NCBI RefSeq assembly: GCF_032191835.1
Contig: NC_083225.1
Coordinates: forward strand, 84,506,001-84,570,000
DNA length: 64,000 nt
Direction of reading: 5' to 3'
DNA from: Heteronotia binoei
Lineage: Eukaryota
A program made the position numbers and the translations under genes. Positions 21,305 through 32,959 of the stretch are shown here, in pieces. The notes beneath the pieces are model-generated. The model was not told the DNA's origin. It did no database searches and saw only the letters and a list, made by a program, of their open reading frames with translations. Each line of letters opens with the position of its first letter. Position 1 is the stretch's first letter.

Positions 21305-23080
21305 TGCTCATCAATTCAGCAAAAAACGTTGAAGCCAAAAGAAAGTCACTCCCCTTTGTATTAATCTTGATAGGTTGTAGTTTCTGTTTCTCCTGCAAAA
21401 CTGCATATGTCACCTCCATTTTGGATTCAACCAAGACATTTTTAGACACTTGCTTATTCACTTTTCCTGGCTCATTAGAAAGATCTTGAACACTTTGATC
21501 TCTCTGCTCCTTTATAGCTTCAACTTCATTACATTTCACCAGCAACTGTTGCACCCAATCTATTACCAACTCCTTTAAGAAACCAATTCCTTGTTTTATA
21601 GAAGATATGGTAGCCATAAAATCCTTTAGCTCATCTGTTTTTGCTTGCTGCGCCATCTTTCCCACACAATAGTTCAGTCCAATAGTAAACGCTGAATGAT
21701 AGCTCAGAATCCCAAATTAACAAATCCTTCCAGATCTTCACTTAAAATATATTTTTCTCTTACATTCCAGTTTAAATCAGCTCAATCCCAATAAATCATC
21801 AAGTGCACTTCTCTCACTTAAAGTCACAGTCAGCCTTTGTTCAAGTTGTAATATAATATGTCCATAATCCAATTAATACTTGCTTAATTTTAAACCGAGT
21901 CTGTCCAAATATGTATGTTCTTTTCTTTTAGAAGCCTCTCATATGGGGGGGGGGGGGGACTTTCCCTCCTCCTCCCCTCTTTTGGAACAGTCAGATTTTG
22001 TTTTATAATAGGGATTTCAGTAATCGATAACATTATACATCAGACTTACTTGCAAAGTACAGTTTCGATAGATGCAGTAGGGAAAAAAAGATGCATTAAG
22101 AAGTTGCTGAAGAGAGAAGAAGCCGGCAGTCCCCTCTGATTCCATTTAAACTGGCAATTGGAGCAGCAGGGCATCGCAGGGACAGCAGCTCAGGGAGTCA
22201 GTCACCACCAATCTCCTGAGCCTACCATCAAGCTGCTTGCCTCCCAAGACCCTCCCCGGGTCTTGGAGTTGAGTCTCTCAGCCGAGAGACCCGCCCCCCC
22301 CCCCAACTTCCAGATTCAAGAGCAGCCATCGGGAGCAAGTCCGCGGCCGCTCTTAACCCCGAGACGCCAAGACTGGAAGAAGTCAAGACTGGAAGGTGTG
22401 ATATTATCAGACAAAGTCAAAATAAGTATTTTAGTTAGTTCCTCAATTCCCTAGGCTGGGTCAGCATATATCAGTATACATTTAAACAGCTAAGTAGGAC
22501 AGATAGAGAAGAAAGAGACTCCTTAGTCAAGAATAAAGTAAAAGGAACCAAAGGACTTAATGTCTGATAACAGACGGGCATTCCAGGGTGGCTTAGAGGT
22601 GTCCCAAATCAGGATGGCCCAAAATGAGCTGCTTGGAGCCTCCCCAGACTCACCCGCATGCCGCTCTATGCGGCTGCCGAGCGCCTCCGCATGGGAAGGT
22701 GACCAAGAAGCCAGATTCCTCTTTGTTTGTCCTCAGGGGGAAGTGCTGATGCACACGAGCACTCCAGCGCTCTCCTTGGATCCTTCAAAAAAAAAAAAAA
22801 ACCGGAATCAACTTGGGGTGGCTTGGCAGCTCCACACCTCCAAGCTGCCTCACTTTCACCCTTCCCCTTCCAGACGGCGGGAAGGCAACTACCGGCTGGA
22901 TCGAATATTTGCTACCATTTTCAAAGTGGTTACTTTTCGAGCTGGGTGGAGCGGCCGGAAGGATGGGGTGAGTGCAGGCTGAGGACGCCTGGCAGCTGTT
23001 TCTGTGTGGAGGGATTATTTGGGCCAACTTCATAGGCATCTCTGAGTTGGCCCAAAGTGCCGGTCTGTAATCAGCCAATA
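21305..23080 (-). mobile_element. Unclassified interspersed element, copy B (CpG-rich 5' region, short coiled-coil ORF starting at 21656)
   Basis: Homologous to 381-1500. ORF MAQQAKTDELKDFMATISSIKQGIGFLKEL... is open for ~115 codons and cut by the CR1 tail. The 5' boundary is approximate. Confidence 0.6.
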
Positions 23081-23134
23081 AAGGGAGTCATACTTCAAAT
23101 GCATTAATGTTGAATATTGGCTTTTTAAAAAACT

Positions 23135-23330
23135 TATAACATTTGCACCTCACCTCTCCTCTCAGGAGCTCAGGGTAATGAACATGGGTTTGTCTCATTT
23201 GAGTCTCATAACAATCCTGGGAGAGAATTAAGGCTGTGGCTTGTACAAGGCGAGGCAATTTTCTTCATGGATGAGCAGGGATCTGTATCCTGATCTTTCT
23301 GGACACAATCCTACAACCGATCCAACAAAT
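23135..23330 (-). mobile_element. Old CORE/MIR-like SINE remnant
   Basis: TCTCATAACAATCCTGGGAG...CAAGG...CTTCATGGATGAG resembles a decayed CORE-SINE reverse complement. Confidence 0.45.
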
Positions 23331-24639
23331 TTCAACAAATGGTATCAATAAAAAATGCATATGAAATAGCTGCATACAATATTTTATGTACTAAATTCAG
23401 TATTGAATCACACAATATATACTTTAAAAGTGTAAATGAATTTGCTTTATGGTATACTTCTTAGCCTGAACCATACAAGCAGATTGTATTCTTCCTTCTT
23501 TGTACTGCATTTCACACAGTTTGCTATTTTTTTTAAAAAAATGAATTTTTAAGTAAGATTGATTATCAGTGTTAAGGCTTTAGGTTTCTATTGTTTTCCT
23601 ATTTTAGATTTCTATTGTTTTATTTGCTGCTGCTAATATTTTTAAACTCATCATCATCAAGTTAAAATAGCCCAACACAATAAGTAGTGATAAGTGAGAT
23701 AAAATGAATTTTGACCTCACAAATGTTTTCAAATAAAAACTTTTTGCATGATAAGTATGCAAATACTGTTTCCTGTTGGGCATGTTTTCCCCTCCACTAG
23801 CAACCCTATGCAAAACAGAAGCAATGTTTTAAAAACCAATTTATAGGGCTCAACAGTGGTTCGAGGTGGAACAGCGTCCTAGGCAGGGTACACTGCCCCC
23901 TCCGAAAGTGGTGAGGAGCAGCCGTGCTCCTTTGCTGCAGAGTGCACTGTGAGGCTGCCCTAGCTCCGCCCCTGTGTCTGACGCAGTCAGCAGAGTGATG
24001 GGCAACCCCACAGCACACTTTTGCCAGTATTCCCCTCACCACGGAGGCGAGGGTGGTTGGAGGGCCATTCCAGCACCCTCCTGGGGCTTGCACCGGTGTC
24101 CTTGCCAGGGCTGTGTCCCAGGCAGTTGCCCAGGCTGCCTAGTGAAAGGGCCAGTCCTGATAGAGTGCTTTCTACTTGTAAGCTCTGATGTCAGAGAGCC
24201 ATTATCTGGTTGCACCATGCATCTGCCAAGATAAAGTTTCCACCGGGGGTGCACTGAAAACCCAGAGAAGAGCTACTTCTCTGCACTTGTCCTTGCCTGT
24301 CCTTTTCAAGTTACAGTGCTAAAGAAGTGTGGCTCCTAACATTCGCCTGACCCTGGTTCTCAGGATAGCAGTAGGAACTGGGTCCACAGGAAGAATGCAA
24401 ATTAAGTGAACATCATCAAGTCAAGTTAGCCTTTATTGGCATAAAATATATAGATATATATATCAGAGCAAATTGGTTTTTAAAAAAAGATAAAATGGAA
24501 CTATTGCATACATATACATCAGGAAAAGCATAAAAATAAACTATTTCTATGAGATCCTCTGGCATGCCTTTAAAACAGAATAAACTTAGCCACTTTCTCA
24601 GTGACACTAGATGAAGTATCATTCAAAAGACTATAGACC

Positions 24640-25640
24640 TTAAGCGCATCAGAACAATCAACCATGCTAACTAAAAGAGGATGTAAATACTTGTGACGAA
24701 GATCTGTATACAAATTACAATAAAGAAGAATATGAGTAACTGACTCCACACATTTTTGCTTACAGAGACAGTATCTGAGTAGGCTGTCTTGTTAAATCTG
24801 CCATAAAGAATGGCAGAGGGCATGGCGTTGCATCTGGCAAGGGAAAAAGCTCTACACCTGCAAGACGGATAGATATGAGGCCATTTTCCCAGTACTAAGA
24901 GAGATCTCAAAACTCAGTGGGGAACAAGTTTTCTTAGCCAGACTGTATGGGCCTTGGCACTCAGTATCTAGCAACCTGTTTTTAATTTGTTGGACTGCAG
25001 TGGTGAAGGACAGCATGGACAATAGTTCTAGGGATAAACCCATTGCTTTTATTTTTCTCTCAATTTGTGCTGACCAATTTGACCAATTAAATTCAGAGAG
25101 CATTTGAGAGATAGCTCCCTGGTTCAGAGTTGTAGTGCAAGCGTAGCCAGAATTTGAAGGTCATGAGTCATGCACTAGTAACCATTAAAGGCATGCCAGT
25201 TTCTAAGCAGATAACTGCACATGGGACACATTTTGGCATGCCCAGAATTTTACGCAAGAATTTGGGTTGGACACGTTTGATAGCACCTTCATAAGATCCG
25301 ATCCAGATTGGGATGCCATACAGAAGTTGTGAAATCACTTTGGCTTTGAATATTTTTATGGCAGCTGGCACAAATTGGTTACCTCTGCCATAAAAAAGCG
25401 AGCTATGGCAGATGCACTGATGTTAGCTATCTTCACTGAATACTTGCGATGAGTAGACCAAGTCACATTATATTGAAAATAAACACCTAAGTATTTAAAA
25501 TACTTGACTTGCTCTATCTCTTTACCATCAATAACCCATTTGTAAAGTCTCCACTTTTTTGAGAAAACTAAGATTTTGGACTTCTCATAATTGAGCTGGA
25601 GCTTATTACTAGTAAAATACAGAACACAACAGGACAACAG
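24640..25640 (-). mobile_element. RTEX-like LINE 3' fragment (degenerate)
   Basis: QVKYFKYLGV, KAKVISQLLYGIPIW, KFLRKILGMPKCVP..ETG and ARCNAMPSAILYGRF are post-RT and C-terminal motifs typical of RTE/RTEX elements. Confidence 0.65.
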
Positions 25641-25641
25641 A

Positions 25642-25897
25642 TGTCTTAAGTTCACTCTAGACATCATCAAGGAGGGATGTTCACAGAGGGAGGGAATTAA
25701 GCCCACTCTAGGTATCATCAAGGAAGGATGCTCACAGAGGGAAGGAATTTTCTCCAAAAGCCTCTCAACTCTAGAACCTGCTCCACCTGGTTTCCAGAGT
25801 CCTCTGATTGGCTCGTTTTTTCCCCCTCTGGTCTGCCAAACAGGCAATAAACTCTTCCTACCATAAGATTAGAGTGAGGGACTGCAATTTTCTGACA
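25642..25897 (+). repeat. Short LTR-like segment with a ~51-bp tandem duplication
   Basis: TGTC...GACA termini. Two copies of CACTCTAG..ATCATCAAGGA.GGATG.TCACAGAGGGA.GGAATT, plus ATTGG and AATAAA. No TSD. Confidence 0.4.
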
Positions 25898-26298
25898 AGT
25901 GCTAAAGGATTAAACCCAAAATCTTGCTGTTCATCTTCAGCAATTGAGCAAGTCTCTTTGAACAAACCTGGGTTTACCATTTACATTTTAAGGCACCTTT
26001 TAAGAAGCTGCTTTAAAAAAAAATCTAGTTTTATTAAAGTTTCATATGAAAGTATTCTGATTTCCCTTCCCTATTTGCCCACCAGGTAACAGAAACAAAG
26101 AGTTAAGATGCAAGTTGTCTGAAACATCTTTAAAAATAATTTGCCACTGACTTTCATGTTGGAGAGCTTTGGAAGTGTCACATTGTGTTTGCTGACACTT
26201 GTAGCAGAATGCTTGCATTTGACAAAAGCTGCCAGCACTGGACACACTAAGTGAACTAGATGTGTTATTTGTTGTTGTGACTCTCTTTTTTATTCTTT

Positions 26299-26402
26299 AC
26301 TTACCATGTTGCCATGGAAATGAATCCAAACACTTCTTCCCCCCCTCCGCCCCCAACTTAAAGGCCACTCATTCTATTTAGTTCCAGAGATTCACCACCA
26401 AT
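26299..26402 (-). promoter_or_regulatory. Candidate RFX-dependent promoter / first exon ending ATG|GTAAGT
   Basis: CCAAT at 26398-26402, GC box at 26341-26354, X-box GTTGCCATGGAAAT at 26308-26321, and minus-strand CAACATG|GTAAGT at 26305|26304. Confidence 0.45.
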
Positions 26403-27084
26403 GGGTGGGGGGAACTGAAGCAAAACAATGCAGCAGGCTGTTTAATAAAAAGGACCTTGATTTGCACAAGGCTGTGAATGAATCAAACTGAAAAGCCCTG
26501 AAAAGAAAGGTGAATTTGTGCACCAGAAGATTGCCTGCCTCTCCCTATTATTCGGTACAAAAATAGAATAGCTCTTGTAAATTGCTCTAGCCTCATCTTC
26601 AACAATGCTGACAGAAGAAAGAGCATGCTGGGTAAGCTATTTTGATATTTAGAAAATTAGGCTTTAAAGAAAAATGTGGTGACTTAAACCTTACTTTTAT
26701 GCCACAAGGTAAGACAAAAGAAAATGGCTGCCTTCCTTACAATGGTCTATAAATTAATGCTAAGGATACATATAAGCTAAATAGATACAACCTACAGAGT
26801 TAGTGTTTTGGAATTTTATCATTTAAATTCTCAGTGTTAATAGTTTTAGGATCACTTCTCATAAAGCCTACAAACATATCATTGCCATGTAGCAAAACTG
26901 CTTGTAATGAATTCAGGCATGCCTATTGTATTTAGGGTAATAAAGACCCATTTGTGTTACATGTTATAGAATGCATGTGGCTTTCCTGGAAAACAGTGAC
27001 ATTCGTGAAGGGAAAAAAAACCCTTAAAAGAAGCTAACTGCTTAAATATCTTCATTGCTTAAGGTCAATCCTGTTAGTGACAGA

Positions 27085-27085
<1 letters not shown>

Positions 27086-27147
<62 letters not shown>
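27086..27147. repeat. (ATT)n microsatellite
   Basis: Direct reading. Confidence 0.98.
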
Positions 27148-27272
27148 TTGCTGTTAATAAGCTTTGCACTCTGCATACAATTTGCCAGTCTGTAGCAGGA
27201 AAAATTGGGAAAGGGCTCCACAACCCTGTCTGCCATCAGGAAAGCAGAACCAAGCTGCAGGACTGTATTCTT

Positions 27273-27577
27273 GAGCCAGTTTGGTGTAGTGGTTAAGTGT
27301 ATTCGGGAGCCAGTTTGGTGTAGTGGTTAAGTGCATGGACTCTTATCTGGGAGAACCGGGTTTGATTCCCCACTCCTCCACTTGCAGCTGCTGGAATGGC
27401 CTTGGGTCAGCCATAGCTCTGGCAAAGGTTGTCCTTGAAAGGGCAGCTGCTGTGAGAGCCCTCTCCAGCCCCACCTCACAGGGTGTCTGTTGTGGGGGAG
27501 GAAGGGAAAGGAGATTGTGAGCCGCTCTTTGGAGTGGAGGGCGGGATATAAATCCAATATCATCTTCTTCTTCTTCC
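27273..27577 (+). mobile_element. Squam3-like SINE, full length with duplicated head
   Basis: A-box head present twice, B box GGTTTGATTCCCC, family body, and (TCT)n tail. Confidence 0.92.
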
Positions 27578-27902
27578 AGCTCTTTCCATTCTGATTTAGT
27601 TAGACAGATGGTACACAAATAATTTAAATAAATATAACTAACCAAATCATATTGAAAAGAGCTGGAAGAATACAGTCACACCCCTTGCTCAAATACACTA
27701 TCATGTTGTAGTGGTCAGAGTATTGGAGCAGGACCTTGGAAGTTCAAGATAAAATGCCCACTACCATGGAAGCTTGCTGGGTTCTCTTGGGCCCATTACT
27801 TTCACTTATTGTGAAAATAAAATGGAGGACCGTGGACAATGGGTTCCTTATTCCCTTCTCCTTCAGGATAAACAGCAGCCATGTTCTGCCTTTATCTGCT
27901 CA

Positions 27903-27979
27903 ATCATCTGTGTTAGAGAATTAGCAGAGCATAGTTCTCGGATCATCTGTGTTAGAGAATTAGCAGAGCATAGTTCTCG
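27903..27979. repeat. Perfect 38-bp tandem duplication (period 39)
   Basis: ATCATCTGTGTTAGAGAATTAGCAGAGCATAGTTCTCG at 27903-27940 and 27942-27979. Confidence 0.95.
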
Positions 27980-28199
27980 CAAGCTGCTGCTGGGGAAGCG
28001 TATAGTATGAAAAGAAGAACAGACACAGTTAGCAGACAGAGGCAAACTCTGGTTTCAGTGAATATATTTACCAGAAACAGTATCCAATACTGTTAAAATA
28101 TAAAAATATAAAAAGATACAGAAAACGTAAAGACATAAAACCGTTTCAGGTGCTATAATGATCTTTAAATTTTCTGTTTGTTATTCCAGCTGGATGTTC

Positions 28200-28735
28200 T
28201 ATAAAAAGATCAATCTTAGGTTCATATTCAAGGTGACCCAGTTGTTTCAGAGTCTGTTGCCATCTGTGATCTTAGTTTACAAATGCCTGGTGGAAGAGCT
28301 CCATCTTACACACCCTGTGGAACTGTGTGAGCTCTCACAGGGCCCTAACCTCCTTGGGGAGCTCGCTCCACCAGCTTGGGGCTGCAACAGAAAAGGCCTT
28401 GGCTCTAGTCATGAGCCTGGCCTCTTTAAGACCAGGGATTGAGAGTAGATTTTGTGACCCTAACCGAAGTGCTTTCTGGGGAACATGTGGGGAAAGGTAT
28501 GCAGGTCCCTGGCCATATAGGGTTTTAAAGGTAAGAACCAGAACCTTGAAAAGAGCCCAGTATGTAATAGGCAACCAGTGCAGTGCTTTTAGCACAGGTT
28601 GAATGTGCTCCTGCAAGGGAAGACCCATTAACAGCCTGGCTGCAGCATTCTGCACTAGTTGAAGCTTCCAAGTTTGAGACAAGGGCAGCCCCATGTAGAG
28701 GGCATTATAGTAATCCAATCTCAAGTATGTTGTGC
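28200..28735 (-). mobile_element. L2 LINE ORF2 C-terminal fragment
   Basis: RLDYYNALYMGLP...LQLVQNAAARLL..LHWLPI...FKVLVLTFK.LYG.GPAYL...AFSVAAP.WW.ELP. Confidence 0.93.
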
Positions 28736-30978
28736 CTGGACATACTTTCTAACATAATCTTGTCAAGTTTGGAGTCCTCAAACTGCTTTATTTGGAGGCT
28801 CTGTCCAGGATTTTACAACCTTTCAAGTAAGGACCAAGTAGTTATTCTGTGTTAAGTTAGTTAAGTAGAACCCTAACAGCTGAATAAGCTCAGTTGCCTG
28901 TATCACAAATCTTCCCATTTACTGTAGAATCACTTTCAATAGTGATCTGAACATAAATCTTTCCCAAGTTGACCTGCTGGTATAGACTACAGCCTACTCC
29001 ACCTCCTGCTCTCATGCTGCTTAAAGCGGTGGACAACTGGACATGGAGCCAGGGCTGGCTCAGTGCATTTTGCTACCCCAGACAGCATAGGAGGAGAGAA
29101 GGCTTACAGTTAATTTCATAGTGAATGTGTTTGACAGTAGAACAGATACACTTTGACACTCATGGCCACACTTGGAGTCAATAAAGGAAAATTTGCATTA
29201 TGGGTCTTATCCAGAATGCAACAAGAAGTAGTCACTTCATGTGTATCACTCATTATCTGATGGAGCTCTATGCACACAGCTCTTGCTAGGGAAAAAGGGA
29301 TGTGTATCACCTTTGTGTACACACTCAGCAAAGGACTACACATGCAAAAGATGTTGATCTATGTATGTGGCCAGGATAGACAGCTATTGAGATGCCTATT
29401 GTTCTTTTTTACTGAGTGAGGCTATCTGTTACAGGATTCATCCACAATAGTCTCACTGAAATAAGGATGTCCACCTCGGGAGTATTTCTTTTGCATAAAA
29501 GTCATCTATAGCAGCAGAGATTTGAAGGCTGTGATTCATGCTACCTGTTGGACTACATTTACTGTGAAATGCTTTTTGTATTACGTTGTATGTGCTTATC
29601 TTACTGCAAGTTATTCTTATTCTTGTTCATTTCTCCTCTGATATTTAGACTTTTCATTAAGTTATTCATCATCAAGAGCAGATATTGTCTGGAAGAAGCA
29701 CAAGAACAGCAAATGTTTATTTGGATCTGGAAAAGCAACATTTTAATGCAGTCAGAGCTTCCTTTTCTCCAGATAGTTAGGAAAGCTGCCTTCCATTTAT
29801 TTTAATTCAAACAAACCCAGCAAGTATTGGAATGAACTGTTGCCAAGAGACATATCAAGGCCACAAATCACTGGATTTTTTTTTCCTGTCCTGTTTTTTT
29901 CTGTTCTTCCTTTATGTGGTGAAAATATATTGCGTCTTCTAGCTAGACTGTAAGAGGTTATGTGATTGCTGCAGTGCAAAAAATGTATCTCTGGTATTTA
30001 AGGCTCTTGCATGAGACTAAAGGTAGAGGAAAAGAACCTACATTTTTATTCTTTATGGGAACAGGAAGATTGCACTTCAGAAGATGGAACTGTGAGAGAG
30101 CTATCAAAAATACACACTTGGGTAGGTTTGCCTGGCCCAGTCATCCATAAATGATAACTGACACCAATGGAGTTCACTCACATCAAGTGCCCTAAGAAAC
30201 AGAGGGACATGGAGGCAGTCCTCTAATTTGTCTTGGCTTCAAACAACTTTTTCTGCTGACATTCACAGATAAAATGTACTTTGATACTAAACATTGTGGA
30301 TTCCTTGATCAACAAGATGCTTTATTGTACATCTGGAAGTTCTTTGAAAGATAAAGATACATTTCCTTAACAAACTGAAAAGAAAAAGAAATGCATTGAA
30401 CATTTGCATTTATTATTCTCATGCACTCCTTGCTTTCTATGTGATTATGAGGCTCTGTTTAAACACATGGATTAGTCAACACCCAAGGCAGTTTGGCTGT
30501 AAGGAGGGATGAGTCTATGTAATAGTGCAAGTTACCTGTTTAATACTTAATATAAACCTCATATTTGTAGAGATGCAACCTATTGCTGTTGCCAAAGATA
30601 AAGCATATCATTATCACCTGTGTAACTTGTATCTCTTAAGTCCTGCAGAGTGAATAAGACTCAAAATATGAACTCAGCCACACACTAACAAAGAGGAGGT
30701 GCAAGAATGAGTTTCATTCATGTTATTTTCCATCTTTGTCCTAATAACAGGGAAGATTCAAAGTGTATTATTTTCCATCACAGGTTTTGTTATGAAAATG
30801 AGAGCACAGGAATTTAATCAGCAGCTTGTGAAAAGTAGTGGCTTGTAATTCTGCAGTTTCTTTTAGGTCTGTTACTGGATGCTCCTGGAGATATTAAAAG
30901 GCAAGGCCATGTAGACAAAAACCAAAATAGCTATAAAACATAATTAGAGGAACCCAAGAAATTATACACCAAGGATTC

Positions 30979-32137
30979 TGTTTGCAGCCAAATATGGGAA
31001 CTCTTTGCCTCAGATAAAATAATTAGCTTTCAGGTACTCTTACATTCCTAATATGTACACTGACAATAGCATATAGCACCTAAGAAATTCAGACAAGTAA
31101 AATCAGAAGAACTTCGGTGAAAACACACACAAACACACACATTTAGCAAAAGGGATCCACAGTTAGAGTGCACATCCCCATATGTGGCCAGGAGGACCCC
31201 AAGCTAAACAAAATGGAGTCGGATCAGAAACAGACCAAGAAATACTTCATTTAAAATGGAGTAGAGCAGAGAGCTTTTTCTCGTCCCCACCTAAAGACAC
31301 CCTCTGGAAATGGCCCTCTCCCCCGCCCAAACAGAGTACATAATGACAATGGGGACTGCTGGTAAGTATTACTCACGCCCTAATCCTCAGCTACTGATCA
31401 ATGGCCTATCCTTCAGGCCCATTACTTCCACCTAGCTACTTCTATTCACTCCTTTGATAATATCTATCCTGTCTTTGTCTACTACACTGATTTCCTTCCT
31501 GGATGTCAAACCAAACCCTCAACTGTATCCTGACCCATTATTACTGTGTAAGCACTATCTGTTGTTACCTGGAGATCCATTCAGGTGACCAGAGTCAATT
31601 CTGCTCATTGGCCTAAGGTGAGCACCCAATCAGGTACCCAGAAAGACTCATCACTGCCCACCACAAGCCCGCCCCTTTTCTGGGAGGGCCTTTTCCTTTC
31701 CAAAGATTATAACATGAGAGCAAGCTTCCCCTCTTTCTCTTCAAGCTGAACATATGTAACCAGATTGGTGCCCTCCCATTACTCTAAGTAAGGGGGGCCC
31801 CCAGACATGGCACCTGGTAGTGCATGTCTACATTTTCAAGTTGTAACGACTTTACCACATTTGGACCAGGTAATACTGCCTTCCTCAAGACCCCCTCAAT
31901 TCCTCTATCGATAACCTCTACCCTTCCTAGCTTCTTGATTGCCTGTATTGTGTATTTATGTGTGTGAATGTATTCTTTTTACATATATTAAGTAAACATT
32001 ATAAAATATATTTGCCTGGAGTATTCTAGCTTGAAAACCTGACCTCCGTATTATTGAAGAAAAGATCCTTTGCTCCTAATTTGCTCTATCTAGTCTTCAT
32101 ATTGCTAATTTCCCCATTCTAAAAGGAAACATAAGCA
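30979..32137 (+). mobile_element. Long solo LTR (retroviral-like)
   Basis: TG...CA termini with flanks ATTC/TTTC (3/4). ATTGG and CCAAT at ~31607-31630, TTATAA at 31707, donor CCAG|GTAATA at 31869|31870, and AGTAAA at 31991. The right end could alternatively be 32131. Confidence 0.6.
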
Positions 32138-32206
32138 TTTCCCATAACACATATGCATTGCCTCCTCCAGCAGATTGGTAGATCTTGATTTTTTTAAAAA
32201 TCCAGG

Positions 32207-32209
<3 letters not shown>

Positions 32210-32272
<63 letters not shown>
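32210..32272. repeat. (TA)n microsatellite
   Basis: Direct reading. Confidence 0.98.
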
Positions 32273-32278
<6 letters not shown>

Positions 32279-32959
32279 AAGCTGCACACACAAATCTATT
32301 ATTTTGTCCTCTTCTGTTTTCTACTCATCAGTAAATATTCAGAGCCTTGCTGCCTCTCAGCCTGGAGTTTCTGTTTAGCTCTTTTATAGGATGGGAGAAA
32401 CTCAGCTTTATCTCGGAGAGAAGTCGTTGCCCATTTGGATGGTTGCCATAGAGTTAGGGTAGATGAGATCACCCATAACTGTAGCATTTTTCTCCTAAGG
32501 TGCCAACCTGTGTATTTCTTTCTCAAGATTACCCTCAGAATTTTTTAATTAAGCAATATTACATCCCCAGAACTAAATTCTGTTCTTTTATTTCCATTTA
32601 CAGAGATCCTGTAGGGAACTTTCTTTTAACTTTATTGGATGCTGTTTTATTTCTGAGTGAAGAGTGAAACATCATCCCAATATGCCATTTTTTGTCCTCT
32701 CTATAGTATCTAGGGACAACCACATCCATCTTATTTCCTCCACTCTACTAGGTTTCTAATAAGCTTGCTACATCTATGTACTTGTTTAGAACTGAACATT
32801 TCAGCCGCCTCATGTGAAAATAAAAAATGTGTAGCAAATACCGTGTGAAGAATGTCTTTTTCTTGTGGAATTAATCCTCGGACTACTTAGCCTCTTAAAG
32901 CATTTACTTTTTAATATTGTGAAATTAATTGTCAAATTCTACCCTGTTACCATTTTGTT

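Noticed and set aside
27042-27236. Poly-Ile ORF, and the poly-(IY) ORFs at 32097-32378
   Set aside because: They are translations of (ATT)n and (TA)n microsatellites.
30269-30355. Acceptor followed by KMYFDTKHCGFLDQQDALLYIWKFFER*, faintly EF-hand-like
   Set aside because: A second frame is equally open, there is no donor, and the similarity is too short to support.
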